From NCBI GenBank assembly GCA_965153355.1, contig OZ231126.1, forward strand, positions 4,836,001 to 4,900,000: DNA of 64,000 bases, written 5' to 3'. A model generated the notes under the pieces. The model searched no databases, had not been told where the DNA came from, and was given only the letters and a program-made list of their open reading frames with translations. The translations under genes and the position numbers were made by a program. The DNA comes from Flaccisagitta enflata. Its lineage: Eukaryota. How positions within the stretch are numbered: the stretch's first letter is position 1; every line of letters begins with the position of its first letter. Of this stretch, positions 11,476 through 25,276 are shown piece after piece.

Positions 11476-13577
11476 AAAAAAGAAAGTTTTAATAGTACTA
11501 ATGGGAGGTTTCATTTATGCTAATTGCAGTTATTGAGAAATTTTCAATATCTAGAGATATTTAAAACTTTGATAATCCTGAGCAAATTTTATAGAAAGGA
11601 ACCTGGAAGAAAATCTAGAATGTGAGCAGCTAGAAATTTAGCAAGGGTGATTCCGTTCGTTCATACATCTAGAGAGGAGGTGGAGATAGGGGGGTCTGAA
11701 AGGGCCTGATTTGAGGCCTCAGTGGTCTGGATTGTGGCTCAAGGCGTCAGAGGGCTGATCTCAAGCCTGTGAGGGATGATATCAGACCGGTGATGGCTCA
11801 TTTCAAGCCTGTATGGATTGAATTTGAGCCAAAGAGGGCTGATTTCAGGCATGAGAGGACTGATTTCAGGTCTGACAGGTCGCCCAAGGGCAATATGTGG
11901 TCAGCGATACCCGTTGCCCTGCTTTGCATGGTTGTAAATTGGAATGAGAGGAAGCAGGGCAGCAGCCCCGAAAGGGACGAAGACCTGTAAAACACAGGGG
12001 TACTTTTGTTCATCCATTTATTTGTTTATTGGTTTGTCGATACATCTCCCCAGGCCCTCTCAGGCCTGAATTCTACCCTCTCAGGCCTGAAATCTACCCT
12101 CTCAGGCCTAAAATCTCCCCTCTCAGGCCTTGAATCTGAAAGAGCAGGTATAAGACCTGAGAGGACAGATTCAATGCAGAGGGTAGATTCAAGACCTGAG
12201 AGGGGAGATTTCAGGCCTGAGAGGGCAGATTCAAGGCCTGAGAGGGCCTGGGGGGGACAAACGGATGAACAAACAAACAAATAAACAAACAAATTTTCAT
12301 CATTCATCATCGATCATAGGTCCCACTGTTCGGATGAGGAAGCTTGCTGGTTGCTGGATCCCAAATTTGTGTTCCCTTGCAATTTAGCCATGACGTCAGC
12401 ATCGGAATCTTTGCAACAGAAACTTTTATGACAACTGACCAGAAAAATATGAATTGAAATCCCAAGAGAATTGACTAAGGGCGTGATCTAATCATGGACA
12501 ATCGCGTTTTTTACGGGCCACTCGGTCGCTCGTTATGTTCGTTTGCTCGCCCCCCCCCCCACTCCGCTCAATCGCTCTGCAGCACTTGGCTTTGCTCGCT
12601 AACTCTGTTCACGGGCTTGCTCACTCACTTTGCTCACTCCCTCGCGAAAAAGTTTAAATTCATGAATATGTGTTCAAGCTGAAAACGCGTTCAACGGGAA
12701 TAAACCCGTTTGTTGTCATCCCTGAAAATTATGTGTAGCAATTGATAATGCCATACGACATATTTTTCATTTGTCGTTTGTGGCAAAGTATTCGCCAGAG
12801 AGTTTTATCATTTCAAATTGATGGAAGATTTGTTTAACACTGCGAGTGGGCGTTTTTTGGTAACTATCATGTACCATATCATGGCCTAGAGATGTCCAAT
12901 AGATGCGTCCTCTTTCAATACAAGAGATAAGAGATGAAAAAATCAAGAGAAATTTCGCGTTACCAACTGACTGACGGACCTAACAAGGGACACACCCTCT
13001 TAAAGAGGTACAAGGACGCATCTAAAAGGGACACGCTTATATCTCTATCTTATCTCCTGCGTGAGACAGAGGAAAATGAACGAAGTAAGATTCCTCGATT
13101 TCCTATCTACTAATACTATCGTGGCTCGATGTATTTCCTCATTGACCTTTTTATCCCCCTTGTCCCATTACTAGTAGACTGGTAAAATTGTAGCTGATTG
13201 ATGTGTGCATTGTCGCCTCTCATGTTTAAAAAAATACATGTAATAATGATAACAATTGCGATTCTTTTGATGTCTTTATCCAAACAGGAGCTTTTTAACA
13301 CCAAAAACAAGAATGTTGCTTTAATCAATCAGCAATAGCATGAGCTCAATTTTTAGCACCAAAAACAATATTGTTGCTTCAATCAATCAACAATAGGATG
13401 GGCGCTATTTGATTTCTTCCTTTCGCATTGTTAATGATTCCTGAAAAACAAGGCCGGATACACGGCCACCAGTTGTGGACGGGTGGGCAGGGGCGGAAAT
13501 GCGCGTTTTCCCACTTTTCAACTCAATCATTATGGACCAATGGACCGATGGACGGACCAACGGACAAAGCCTCTTAT

Positions 13578-14191
13578 GTCACAGTGCAAACGAATACAAA
13601 ATTTGACATGTCAAAACGATTTATACAATATTTTTTATTTTATATATTCAAAGATTTTTTTATTGAGATAAAGGATTTTTGGTTGTTAATCATCAATGTT
13701 TTGCATAGGAAAACATTTTTCTGTACCATATGCTTAGGAAATGTGAGAAAAAAGGATGCAAAATTGATGGATTCTTAATAGAAATCAATTCTTGTGCATT
13801 GACATGTCTCGCGTAAAAAACCGAATCTGTCTCTGAATTTAAAATTTTGCATTTTGAAAAACATGGCATCAGTCTAAACACTTTTAAGAAATAGGCCATG
13901 TGTTTAGAAATGCAAAATTTTGCATTCAGAGACAGATTCGGTTTTTTACGTGGCAACATCTCATGTTTTCCGTGCAATTATTTTTAAAGAGTTCTGTTGT
14001 TTCACTAAGTATGCTGCAACTTTACCGATGCGAGATCAATACCATTGGTCAGTTAACCGTTTTTTAACTAATTTAAGGAGTATTAAGTATGCATAAGACT
14101 TTAGTTTTTGTTATATTTCCGCTGCATAGCAGCGTATTCCATCACAGAACAGAACGATTTGTCAAATTTGACGCTGTTCTGCACCACGACT
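13578..14191. mobile_element. ~610-bp MITE with GTCACAGTGCAAACGA terminus, copy 2, nested in a Helentron-like element
   Basis: Interrupts the host motif gcctcttatagagttgcgtgtccgcaac that is intact at 41088-41115. Confidence 0.8.
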
Positions 14192-15292
14192 TAAAGAGTT
14201 GCGTGTCCGCAACTAAAAACGTTGCTTAAAGATCGTTTATAATAAACTGCTACTACATGTGATTTACTCTTCATTTGCAGAGTATTTACTAGTCAGTGAG
14301 GGTTCACAAGGCCCTGTTCCATTTATTTCAGTTTGGGTGTAGTGACGAATATTGTTCCAGAAAAGTGATTCCAGACCATAAAGTTGATTCATGTAACAAT
14401 GGCAAAAAAAAAACCGGACGCTGTTTTTTCATCAAGGATTGCTTGGTAACTAAGAAAGATAAACCCTTAAAATCCATGATGGCTTCAAAGAGCTTCGAAA
14501 TATCTTTCATTTGAGCTCTCACAGAACATTGTAGCTTAGAAGTTATGATGCTTTAAAGATAACCACTCAGAAAACTCGAATCTGAAATTAATCTTTTTAG
14601 AGTAACCAACTTTGAATTAATATAGCTTGTAAACGAAGAAGAATCATGATTTCTGCTTGATTCCATCTTGTAGAAAATTAAAAATACTTCAATTTTACCT
14701 TGGATTTCATTCCATTTATTTGATTTCTTTATTGTACACAATATGTGAAACAAAAAGTGTCTTATTGTCAGGCACAGTAATTTGCTTCCAAGAAAATGGG
14801 TGTTGAATTTCAATCTTATGTCATTTCAAAACGACTTAAGCTAGAAGTTTCTGCTTGGTCTAGATTTGTAGAGTTTTTGAAGCTCTTTAAAATGCTCATT
14901 GATTTCAAGTAAAAAGTATGTCCAGTATTCAGTCAATCATGAAAAACTGAGCGTCCGGTTTTTATTTTGGCCACTGTTAGGAATATCAGTTTGATATTTT
15001 TTTTCCATTTTGAGATTGATCAACCGGTACCTTTATGCCCATTCTGAATTTGAGCCCCTGTTCCTTATTTCTAAAGGCAATTGTTGTGACTACCACCTGT
15101 AACACAAACATTGGAAAAAAGATTTTGATACTACCATATCTAAACCAAGGCATTTGGATTTTAATGGATTATAAAACTAGTGGCGTTCGCCATATTGTGT
15201 TCCACGAAAACTTGATTTGGCATGAGAAAGAAAGGCAATATTTCATAAAACATTTCCAATAATGATAACCGAACAAGTCTGCGTCATAGATA

Positions 15293-15566
<274 letters not shown>

Positions 15567-16439
15567 GTGTGTGACAGACATTCTGAGAAAACTGGGTGGT
15601 GTGACATGCATTTGAGAATCTTGGGTTCTTTGACAGATATTGAAGTATTTTGGGTTGTGTGACAGACATTAGAGAATTTTAAGTTGTGTGACAAAATGAC
15701 TTGAAATGACTTGAAATGACTTAAAATGACTTTTAATGACGTAAAATGATGTTAAACGGCTAAAAAAAGCAATGTGTGACCGACCGACAAAACGACAGAC
15801 AGCGTGCACGCGACTAAAAAAACGTGTAGAAATAAAAGAAAACTACTACTTTTACTTAGTCAAACACTTGTACATAGCAAATCTTTTTATCTGTTAGATC
15901 AAATCAAGAGCAATTGTATGTATTGATTGCACTGAAAATCAGAGAAAAATAGGCCTGAGCCAAATGAGCTAGATGAGTCCCCCTGTATTCTACAGGACTT
16001 CGTCCCCTTTGGGGCCGCTGCCCAAAAAGCCTAGGACCTAACATAAACCAAGGCCCCTGAAGGAATAATTTGCAAAACCAGGCTCCTAACTGATAACTCA
16101 AATTTTGTAAAACAATCTGCTGTTACTTTGATTTTTAGTCGCGGTCACGCAACTCTACACTTGGCTGTGTCAGTCGTTACGTAAGTCACATTTTTGACTT
16201 GCGAGCGGTTTTTGCATTTCTGCTCCTGCCCAACCGTCTGCGACTGGATTGCCGTGTATCCGGCCTTGTTTTTAGTCGCGTGCACGCGACTCTACAACCC
16301 GCTCCGTCGGTCGGTCGGTCCGTCCGTCCGTCCGTCGGTCCGTCGGTAACACTTTGCTTTTTTGCGTCTTTTTGGGTCATCTGGAGTTATTTTGAGTCAA
16401 TTTTTTGTTGTTTTTGGGAATTATTGGTTGCTTTTAATC

Positions 16440-18345
16440 ATTTTTGGTCATTTTTGGTCATTTTTGGTCATTTGGTCAATTTGGTCATTTTGGTCATTTT
16501 TGGTCATTTTTGGTCAATTTTGGTCAATTTTGCTCATTTTTGATCAATTTTGATCAATTTTGATCAATTTTGATCATTTTTGATCATTTTTGGTCATTTT
16601 TGGTCATTTTTGGTCATTTTTGTCATTTTGGTCATTTTGGTCGTTTTGGTCATTTTTGGTCATTTTTGATCATTTTTGATTATTTTTGATCATTTTTGAT
16701 CTTTTTTTTTCAGTTTTGGTCATTTTGGTCATTTTTGGTCATTTTTGGTCATTTTTGGTCTTTTTTGGTCATTTTGGTCATTTTGGTCATTTTGGTCATT
16801 TTGGTCATATTGGTCATTTTTGGTCATTTTGGTCATTTTGGTCATTTTGGTCATTTTGGTCATTTTTGGTCATTTTTGGTCATTTTTGGTCATTTTGGTC
16901 ATTTTTGGTCATTTTTAGTCATTTTGGTCATTTTGGTCATTTTGATCATTTTTGGTCATTTTGGTCATTTTGGTCATATTGGTCATTTTTGGTCATTTTG
17001 GTCATTTTGGTCATTTTTGGTCATTTTTGGTCATTTTTGGTCATTTTTGGTCATTTTGGTCATTTTTGGTCATTTTTGGTCATTTTGGTCATTTTTTGAT
17101 CATTTTTGGTCATTTTTGATCATTTTTGATCATTTTTGGTCATTTTTGATCATTTTTGATCATTTTTGGTCATTTTTGGTCATTTTGGTCATTTTGGTCA
17201 TTTTGGTCATTTTGGTCATTTTGGTCATTTTTGGTCATTTTGGTCATTTTTGGTCATTTTGGTCATTTTTGGTCATTTTTGGTCATTTTTGGTCATTTTT
17301 GGTCATTTTTGGTCATTTTTGGTCATTTTGGTCATTTTTGGTCATTTTTGGTCATTTTTGGTCATTTTTGGTCATTTTGGTCATTTTTGGTCATTTTTGG
17401 TTGAAGTTTGCTGGTTAAAGTCTGCTGGTTGAAGTCTGCCGGTTGAAGTCTGCTGGTTAAAGTCTGCTGGTTAAAGTCTGCTGGTTAGTCTGCTGGGTAA
17501 AGTCTGATGGTTAAAGTCTCATGGTTTAAATCTGCTGGTTTAAATCTGCTGGTTTAAGTCTGCTGGTTTAAATCTAATGGGTTAAGTTTGCTGGTTAAAG
17601 TCTGCTGGTTTGAATCTGCTGGTTTAAGTCTGCTGGTTTAAGTCTGCTGGTTTAAATTTAATGGTTTAAGTCTGCTGGTCTAATGGTTTAAGTCTGCTGG
17701 TTTTAGTCTGCTGGTTAAAATGATATTAAAGATGAGTATGGTTTAATTCTGGTTTAAGTCTGGTTTAAGTCTGGTTTAAGTCTGGTTTAAGTCTGGTTTA
17801 AGTCTGGTTTAAGTCTGGTTTAAGTCTGGTTTAAGTCTGGTTTACGTCTGGTTTACGTCTGGTTTAAGTCTGGATTAAGTCTGGTTTAAGACTGGTTCAT
17901 GTCTGATTTATGTCTGGTTTAGGTCTGGGTAAGGTCTGGTTTAGGTCTGGTCTATGTCTGGTTTTTGTCTGGTTTATGTTTGATTTAGGTCTGGTTTAGG
18001 TCTGGTTTTGGTCTGGTTTTGGTCTGGTTTTGGTCTGGTTTGATTCTGGTTTGAGTCTGGTTTGAGTCTGGTTTGAGTCTGGTTTGATTCTGGTTTGAGC
18101 CTGGTTTGAGCCTGATTTGAGCCTGGTTTTGGTCTTGTTTAGGTCTGGTTTGAGTCTGGTTTGAGTCTGGTTTGAGTCTGGTTTGAGTCTGGTTTGAGTC
18201 TGGTTTGAGTCTGGCTTAAATCTGGTTTATGTCTGGTTTATGTCTGGTTTATGTCTGATTTAGGTCTGGTTTCGGTCTGGTTTAATTCTGGTTTGAGTCT
18301 CGTTTGAGTCTGGTTTGAGTCTGGTTTGAGTCTAGTTTGAGTCTT
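16440..18345. repeat. Compound satellite: GGTCATTTT(T) 9-10 bp, then AAGTCTGCTGGTT(A/T) 14 bp, then GTCTGGTTTRA-type 11 bp
   Basis: Directly visible arrays with transitions at ~17400 and ~17745. Confidence 0.95.
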
Positions 18346-18470
18346 TTTGGGTTGCGTTTAAGTCTGATTTTCGATAAAAAGATACAATAAGGAGTCAGGT
18401 CAGTTCAGTTATTTTTGTCCTGCACGCGACTTATAGGTGTTGGCCTTGTTAATAGATCAAAGTGCTTAGT

Positions 18471-18837
18471 TCAACACTTGTTTGGATTTGCTTTTGTAAC
18501 CATCATAGGGTTGTTGTTGTTAGTATTGTTATAACTTCCAATAGGCCCATTGGGTCCCATAACTCCACCGCTTGTTGGCTGATGATTACCACCAAGACCT
18601 GCACCTCCCACGTGAGCATTATTGTTCATCATAATAGAGTTTTGCCCAGTAACTGGATGGGAATTCATAACGCCGGTAGACTGCAGAGAGAAGGTTGGAC
18701 GAGGCTGATTGCCAAGGAGTGGAACTGATCCTGGGCCACCACCGACCACATTACCTCCTCCTCCTCCACTGTTGCATTCTTGGACCCATGGGGGGCATAG
18801 CGCGAGGTCCCATCTGCGGTCCCATCTGGGGTCCCAT
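18471..18837 (-). pseudogene. Gly/Pro/Asn/Met-rich exon-like fragment, copy 1 (frameshifted)
   Basis: Polypyrimidine+cAG acceptor, QMGP repeats; lacks 74 nt present in copy 2 (19743-19816); retains the 3' part to a stop codon. Confidence 0.55.
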
Positions 18838-18949
18838 CTGATGAAAGGAAAAAAGTTGATACATACATTTATAAAGAGAAACAGAAAAAAAGATCAAGGA
18901 AGATATAGAAACAAGACAGAAGTATCAGTGAAAGCAGAAGTAAATAGTG

Positions 18950-19059
<110 letters not shown>

Positions 19060-19480
19060 GTGCCATGACACTGAGAATGGAGCCTTGAGGCTTAGATATG
19101 AGGCCTAAGGGTTGGATTTGAGCTGGAGGTTGAAATTTGGGCTTTGAAGTCAGGGGGGGACGGAGAAGGAGAAGGAGGAGAAGGAGAAGAAGGAGGAGAA
19201 GGAGAAGGAGAAAGTTTCCTATATGTGTGAAAGCATAGGTCAACAGCCCCTTTGGGGCCGCTGCCCAAAAAGGGTAACTGGTGCCGCTGACCATGTGCGG
19301 TCCTTGGATGACTTGTTTATCACTGCCCCTGCCCACCGGCACACACCTTGTTGTAAAGGATTTGCGTCTGGATAACTTTTGTAAAACATAAATTAAAGAT
19401 GAAATACACACATTGCACGATGAGAATGGAAGTGGGATTCTCTGCAATGATGTACGGTTACAATGACAGAAAAAATAACT

Positions 19481-19603
<123 letters not shown>

Positions 19604-19617
19604 CTGTTACCACCACT

Positions 19618-19878
19618 AACTGGATGGGAATTCATAACGCCAGTAGACTGCAGAGAGAAGGTTGGACGAGGCTGATTGCCAAGGAGTGGAACTGATCCTG
19701 GGCCACCACCGACCACATTACCTCCTCCTCCTCCACTGTTGCCACCACCAACGCCCATGGAAGCTGCGGCGCTGAAAGGATTTGCCATAAAAATGGAGTT
19801 GGAACCGGAGACATTCATTCTTGGACCCATGGGGGGCATAGCGCGAGGTCCCATCTGCGGTCCCATCTGGGGTCCCAT
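19618..19878 (-). pseudogene. Gly/Pro/Asn/Met-rich exon-like fragment, copy 2 (3'-truncated)
   Basis: Same acceptor and sequence as copy 1; open frame MGPQMGPRAMPPMGPRMNVSGSNS... runs into a (GTT)n tract. Confidence 0.55.
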
Positions 19879-19990
19879 CTGATGAAAGGAAAAAAGTTGA
19901 TACATACATTTATAAAGGGAAACAGAAAAAAAGATCAAGGAAGATATAGAAACAAGACAGAAGTATCAGTGAAAGCAGAAGTAAATAGTG

Positions 19991-20094
<104 letters not shown>

Positions 20095-20480
20095 GTGCCA
20101 TGACACTGAGAATGGAGCCTTGAGGCTTAGATATGAGGCCTAAGGGTTGGATTTGAGCTGGAGGTTGAAATTTGGGCTTTGAAGTCAGGGGGGGACGGAG
20201 AAGGAGAAGGAGGAGAAGGAGGAGAAGGAGGAGAAGGAGAAGGAGAAAGTTTCCCATATGTGTGGAAGCATAGGTCAACAGCCCCTTTGGGGCCGCTGCC
20301 CAAAAAGGGTAACTGGTGCCGCTGACCATGTGCGGTTCTTGGATGACTTGTTTATCACTGCCCCTGCCCACCGGCACACACCTTGTTGTAAAGGATTTGC
20401 GTCTGGATAACTTTTGTAAAACATAAATTAAAGATGAAATACACACATTGCATGATGAGAATGGAAGTGGGATTCTCTGC

Positions 20481-22643
20481 TAGGCCCCTGACTATGAAGG
20501 TTTTTTTTACAGTTGGCTCTTCTCCGTTATACCATTCTCAAGAACTGTCCATAAGCTTCAATGCTATATGTTTGTTTTGTCAAAAAATGTTCGGGAAGTG
20601 TAAGTTCCAGGGGCTCAAACGTCAGGGGTCCAAGGTATGATCCCCCACAGGGGTCAAAATTTCAAAGTTGTCAAAATCAAAATCTGATTGCAGATTTGGA
20701 TTCCTCTAAAAAAAGTAGCAAAAAAAAGTACTCTTCTTTTTTTTCATTTCTCATTTTAAGTGGGTCAAAATTGGGGTCAAAGGTCACGAGTGACCCCAAT
20801 CTGACCTCACGAGAGATAAAAATAAAAACACGGATAATCCAAATTCTGATACCAGTTTTGGAATCTTCATGAAAAATGAATTGAGAGTTATTACTGTCAT
20901 TTTTAAATTTTCTCAGAAAATGTCTGTCAAAAATGTCATCATTTGTCATGATGCACAACAGGGTCTTAACAGAGATCTTGATTCACTATGTATTCTGAAT
21001 CTACTTAGAAAGAACACATCTCCTAAGCATACATATTCAATATAGATATGGCTTCTCTGACTTTTGATTGTTGCGTTAAGTTAACATTAGCTTTTGGGCA
21101 GGAGGACAAAGTCCTGTTGAACATGGGGAATTTTATTTGTTTCTTCATTTGTCTGTAGTTGTATCCCCCCCCCCTTTTGAGCTCCAATCAGCCTTTTCAG
21201 GCCTCCAACTGACCCTCTCAAGCCTCAAGATGGTCCTCACAGGCCTCAAATTTGTCCTCTCAAGCTGCCTTAGATCATTTAGATTTCAAATTAGCTCTCA
21301 AACCTCCAGACAGCTCTTGTGACAATTAAATCAACCCTTGAATGACTCGTACCAGCCCTCTCAACCCCAAATCATCAGCTTACGGCCTAAACCAGGGTTG
21401 TCAAAAATTAGGAATGATTAGATTGACCTGATTGACTTAAGTGACTTGATATGACTTAATATGACTTAAAATGACTTAGAATGACTTATAATGGAATTTA
21501 GGAAGGAGCTGTGTCATTAAATAACAAGGCTGAATACACGGCAATCCAGTCGCGGACAGTTGGGCAAGAGCAGTAATGCAAAAACCAATAGTAATTCAAC
21601 AATGTGTCTGACCAACGGACCGACGGACCGACTGATACGGCAAGGTGTAGTCGCGTGTCCGCGACTAAAAACAAAAACAGATTTGGACTTGTCAGACTGT
21701 AGGGACAAAACAAGTAGCTCACCTTACCTCACCGCGACCTGGTTTAGCTATGATAACCCTTTCTCCTACGCTTCCTCCTCTCTCATATTTTTTACACAAT
21801 TTTTTGGCGAAAAAAAGATACCCATACATCATTATGTCCATAAATGACAGGAATTCATTACATTTGAACATTTTTTGCCTAATTTACTGCATGAGCTTTA
21901 TCAAAACCTAGGTTGAAAATTCCGACGATGCTTTTCTGCTTGCTTTCCAAAGGAACCAACTCCTGTTTACCTCTACTGTATGCCCAAAAAGCTTAAAAAC
22001 GCAAAAGAATAAAAAACAGACTGACCCACCGACTGACTGACCCACCGACTGACCGACCCACCAACAAAGAAGGGTGTGAAGTCACGTAGCTCGTGACTAG
22101 CAACTCAGTGAAGGTTCACACGGCCTTCTTCCATTTTATTCAGTTGGGAATTAGAGTGGGCTCAATCTGGGCATTCAAATGAAATATCATTTCCATGCAC
22201 TTTTCATGTTCTACTTGCATATTTAGAGCCTAATCTCATTGGAAAATCAATTTGGACCTGATCTGGGCACTCCATCAATAATGCTGTAGTTGCATAGAAT
22301 TACTATGGAACAAATTTCTGTCATAACTCCAGCAATCAATTCTATACAACTACAGCATTGAAGGCGGAGTGCCCAGATCAAGTTCAAATTGATTTTCCAA
22401 AGAGATTGGGCCCTTAACTACTTTTTTTAGAGGAATCCAAATCTGCATTCAGATTTTGATTTTGACAACTTTGAAATTTTGACCCCGTGGGGATCATACT
22501 TTGACCCCCTGACCTTTGACCCCCTTAAATTTACACTTCCCGAACATTTTTTGACAAAACAAACATGTAGCATTGAAGCTCATGGTCAGTACTTGAGAAT
22601 GGTACAACGGAGAAATGACTTTTATCCCATAGTCAGTGGCCTA
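20481..22643. mobile_element. Non-autonomous DNA element with ~235-bp TIRs and 7-bp TSD, with nested insertions
   Basis: TAGGCCCCTGACTATG... / ...CATAGTCAGTGGCCTA; TCTCTGC on both flanks; empty site seen in the duplicate near 19439-19446. Confidence 0.8.
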
Positions 22644-22689
22644 TCTCTGCATGCAATGATGTACGGTTACAATAACAGAAAAAATAACT

Positions 22690-22782
<93 letters not shown>

Positions 22783-22799
22783 CTGTTGCCACCACCAAC

Positions 22800-23394
22800 T
22801 GGATGGCACGACCGGTACCGGGCCCATGGGTTGAGACGTGGTACGATTGACTCCGATGGGGTGCGCCGCTGCCGCGCCTCCCGCCGCTGCTCCGCCAGCC
22901 ACGGACACCATGGGATGTTGATGTTGTTGATGATGATGATGCGCCCCCTGTTGACCGGGAATCATGGGAATGGCGGCGTGTTGCGGGGTGCCGGGCACGA
23001 CCGGTACCAGGCCCATGGGTTGAGACGTGGGTACGATGGCGGCGGTGCCACCAGCGCCAGGAGCGGGGATGATCATCACCCCCTGCGGCGTTTGAACGGC
23101 GATGTGAGCCGGTGGCACTCCCGGTTGCGGAGGATGATGCTGTTGTGGCTGCTGTTGTGGCACTGGTATCATTTGTTGCGCGTGTGGCTGCGCCATAGGC
23201 GGCGCGCCGCGCGGCGCGCCGCGCCGCGCCGCGCGCGCGCCGCGCCACCGCGGAGGATGATGCACTTGCTGTTGCTGTTGTTGCTGTTGTTGTTGTTGCT
23301 GCTGTTGAGCAACGAGTTGCGCCTGCTGCACTTGTTGCAGCTGAGCGGCAGCGTGTGCTTGCGCTAAAGCTTGCGCATGAGCCGCTTGCGTGTG
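22800..23394 (-). pseudogene. Gln/Pro/Ala/His-rich exon-like fragment
   Basis: GC-rich coding-like frame HTQAAHAQALAQAH...polyQ...PPQPGVPPAHIAVQTPQGVMIIP; runs into a microsatellite; no clear donor seen. Confidence 0.45.
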
Positions 23395-23443
23395 CTTTAA
23401 TTGACGGAGGCGAGGGAGTGAGAGGGAAAAGGAGGAGAGAGAC

Positions 23444-23533
<90 letters not shown>

Positions 23534-24161
23534 GACAATTTTCTCCAGTTTGAAAAGCTAGGTGGGGGGGGGCTGAGAGGCCTGATTTTGGGTCTGAAAG
23601 GTCTGATCTAGGGTCTGAGAGGCCTGATTTGGGGTCTAACAGGCCTGATATGGATCTGAACGGCCTGATTTGGTTCTGAGAGGCCTGATTTGGGGTCTCA
23701 GCGGTTTAATTTGGGCTCTGAAAGGGCCTGATTTGGGGTCTGAGATGCTTGATTTGGGGTCTGAAATGCTTAATTTGGGGTCTGAGAGGCCTGATTTGGG
23801 GTCTGTGAGGCCTGAAAAGGAAAGAAAGAGAATCAGGATCCTGAAGTCGACCAACACACGCTATATGGGATTGCTTTCTTGCTCCAGATTGTGATGTTGT
23901 TAAGAGGGCCAGAGCTGGCTTCTTACTTTGAAGAGAGTATAGAGAATATGGCCAGATGCTGCATCAAGATCTTGCCCTGGATCACGTATGCGTTTTGAGA
24001 GATGACATGTTGCAATGGCTTGGGGGGGGGGAGGGAGACAGGACTTAACGGAGAAACGAAATTACCCCATGTGGAATCATAGGTCATCGGCCCCTCTCAA
24101 ACAACCGACCAATGGACCAACTGACAGACCAAGATAGTGAGGTAAAGAATCGCCCTGACTA

Positions 24162-24701
24162 CAGGGTGATCAATCTCAAAGTGGGAAAAGTATTAAGCTT
24201 ACAGTCATATATGCATCAAGTCTGTGGTCTGAGATCAATTTTCTTTCATAGTATTATGTTTGACGTTTTTTGTGTTAAAATTTCATTGGTTTAGCTTGAA
24301 TAGTTTGACCACAACATCAATTTGAAGTAAAACAATGATTTACAGTTTTAGCTGAAAATCTAGTGAGAATTTGAAAGCAGATTTTCTTGAAATTCCTCTT
24401 ATCTCTCAATGACTTGAGCCACAGTTGCCTGATTGGTCTCAAATCAAAGATATTTGCATAATCTTTCATTTAAAACCAATTTGAAGTCTATAGCTCAAGT
24501 TAATTGGAGATGAAAGCAATTAAAAAGGAATCTGTTTTCAAAATCAAACAAGATTTTAACTATTTAAGCTAAACCAATGAAATTTTAACATAAAAAACAT
24601 CAAACAAAGTACTATAAAAGATAATTAATCTCAGACCATAGACATGATGCATACAGGAATGTAAGCTTAATACTTTTCCCACTTTGAGATTGATCACCCG
24701 G
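24162..24701. mobile_element. Tc1/mariner-type MITE with ~140-bp TIRs
   Basis: TA|CAGGGTGATCAATCTCAAAGTGGG ... CCCACTTTGAGATTGATCACCCGG|TA. Confidence 0.85.
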
Positions 24702-25276
24702 TAGTAATTAAGGGGTAACAGTATCGTCAGAGATGGGTGGGCGGGGGCACAACCCCCCCCCACTAAAATACAATGTGCGTTTTTACACTTTCCAACTTGC
24801 TGAAAGGAAAAAAGTTGATTCATACATTTATATAGGGAAACAGAAAAAAAGATCAAGGAAGAAATAGAAACAAGACAGAAGTATCTGTGAAAGCAGAAGT
24901 AAATAGTGAAGATTTCTATTTCCAAGATAGTACACACCAACACTGACAGACAATCACGCGAAAAGGGCGATTTTAAGTCGCGTGCTACGCGACTCTACAA
25001 CCCACTTTGTCGGTCAGTCCGTCCGTCCGTTGGTCCGTCACACTTTACTTTTTTGGGGGTTTTTGCGGTCTTTGGCCTCACTGAACCTGCCCAAATGATT
25101 GACTGACCTCAAATACAGCCCCTGCCCACCTGCACGCGACTGGGGTAGCCGTGTATCCAGCCTTGTTTGAATCAAAGCCCCTGATATACTTCTGGATTAG
25201 TTAATGTTATCAAAATGTATGTCCGTCCCTGATCAAAAGCAGAGCCAAAAGAAGTCTAAACAACCAAAACGAACCT

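Noticed and set aside
16686-17432. GHF/WSF/VIL-repeat ORFs
   Set aside because: Translation of a 9-10-bp satellite, open in several frames.
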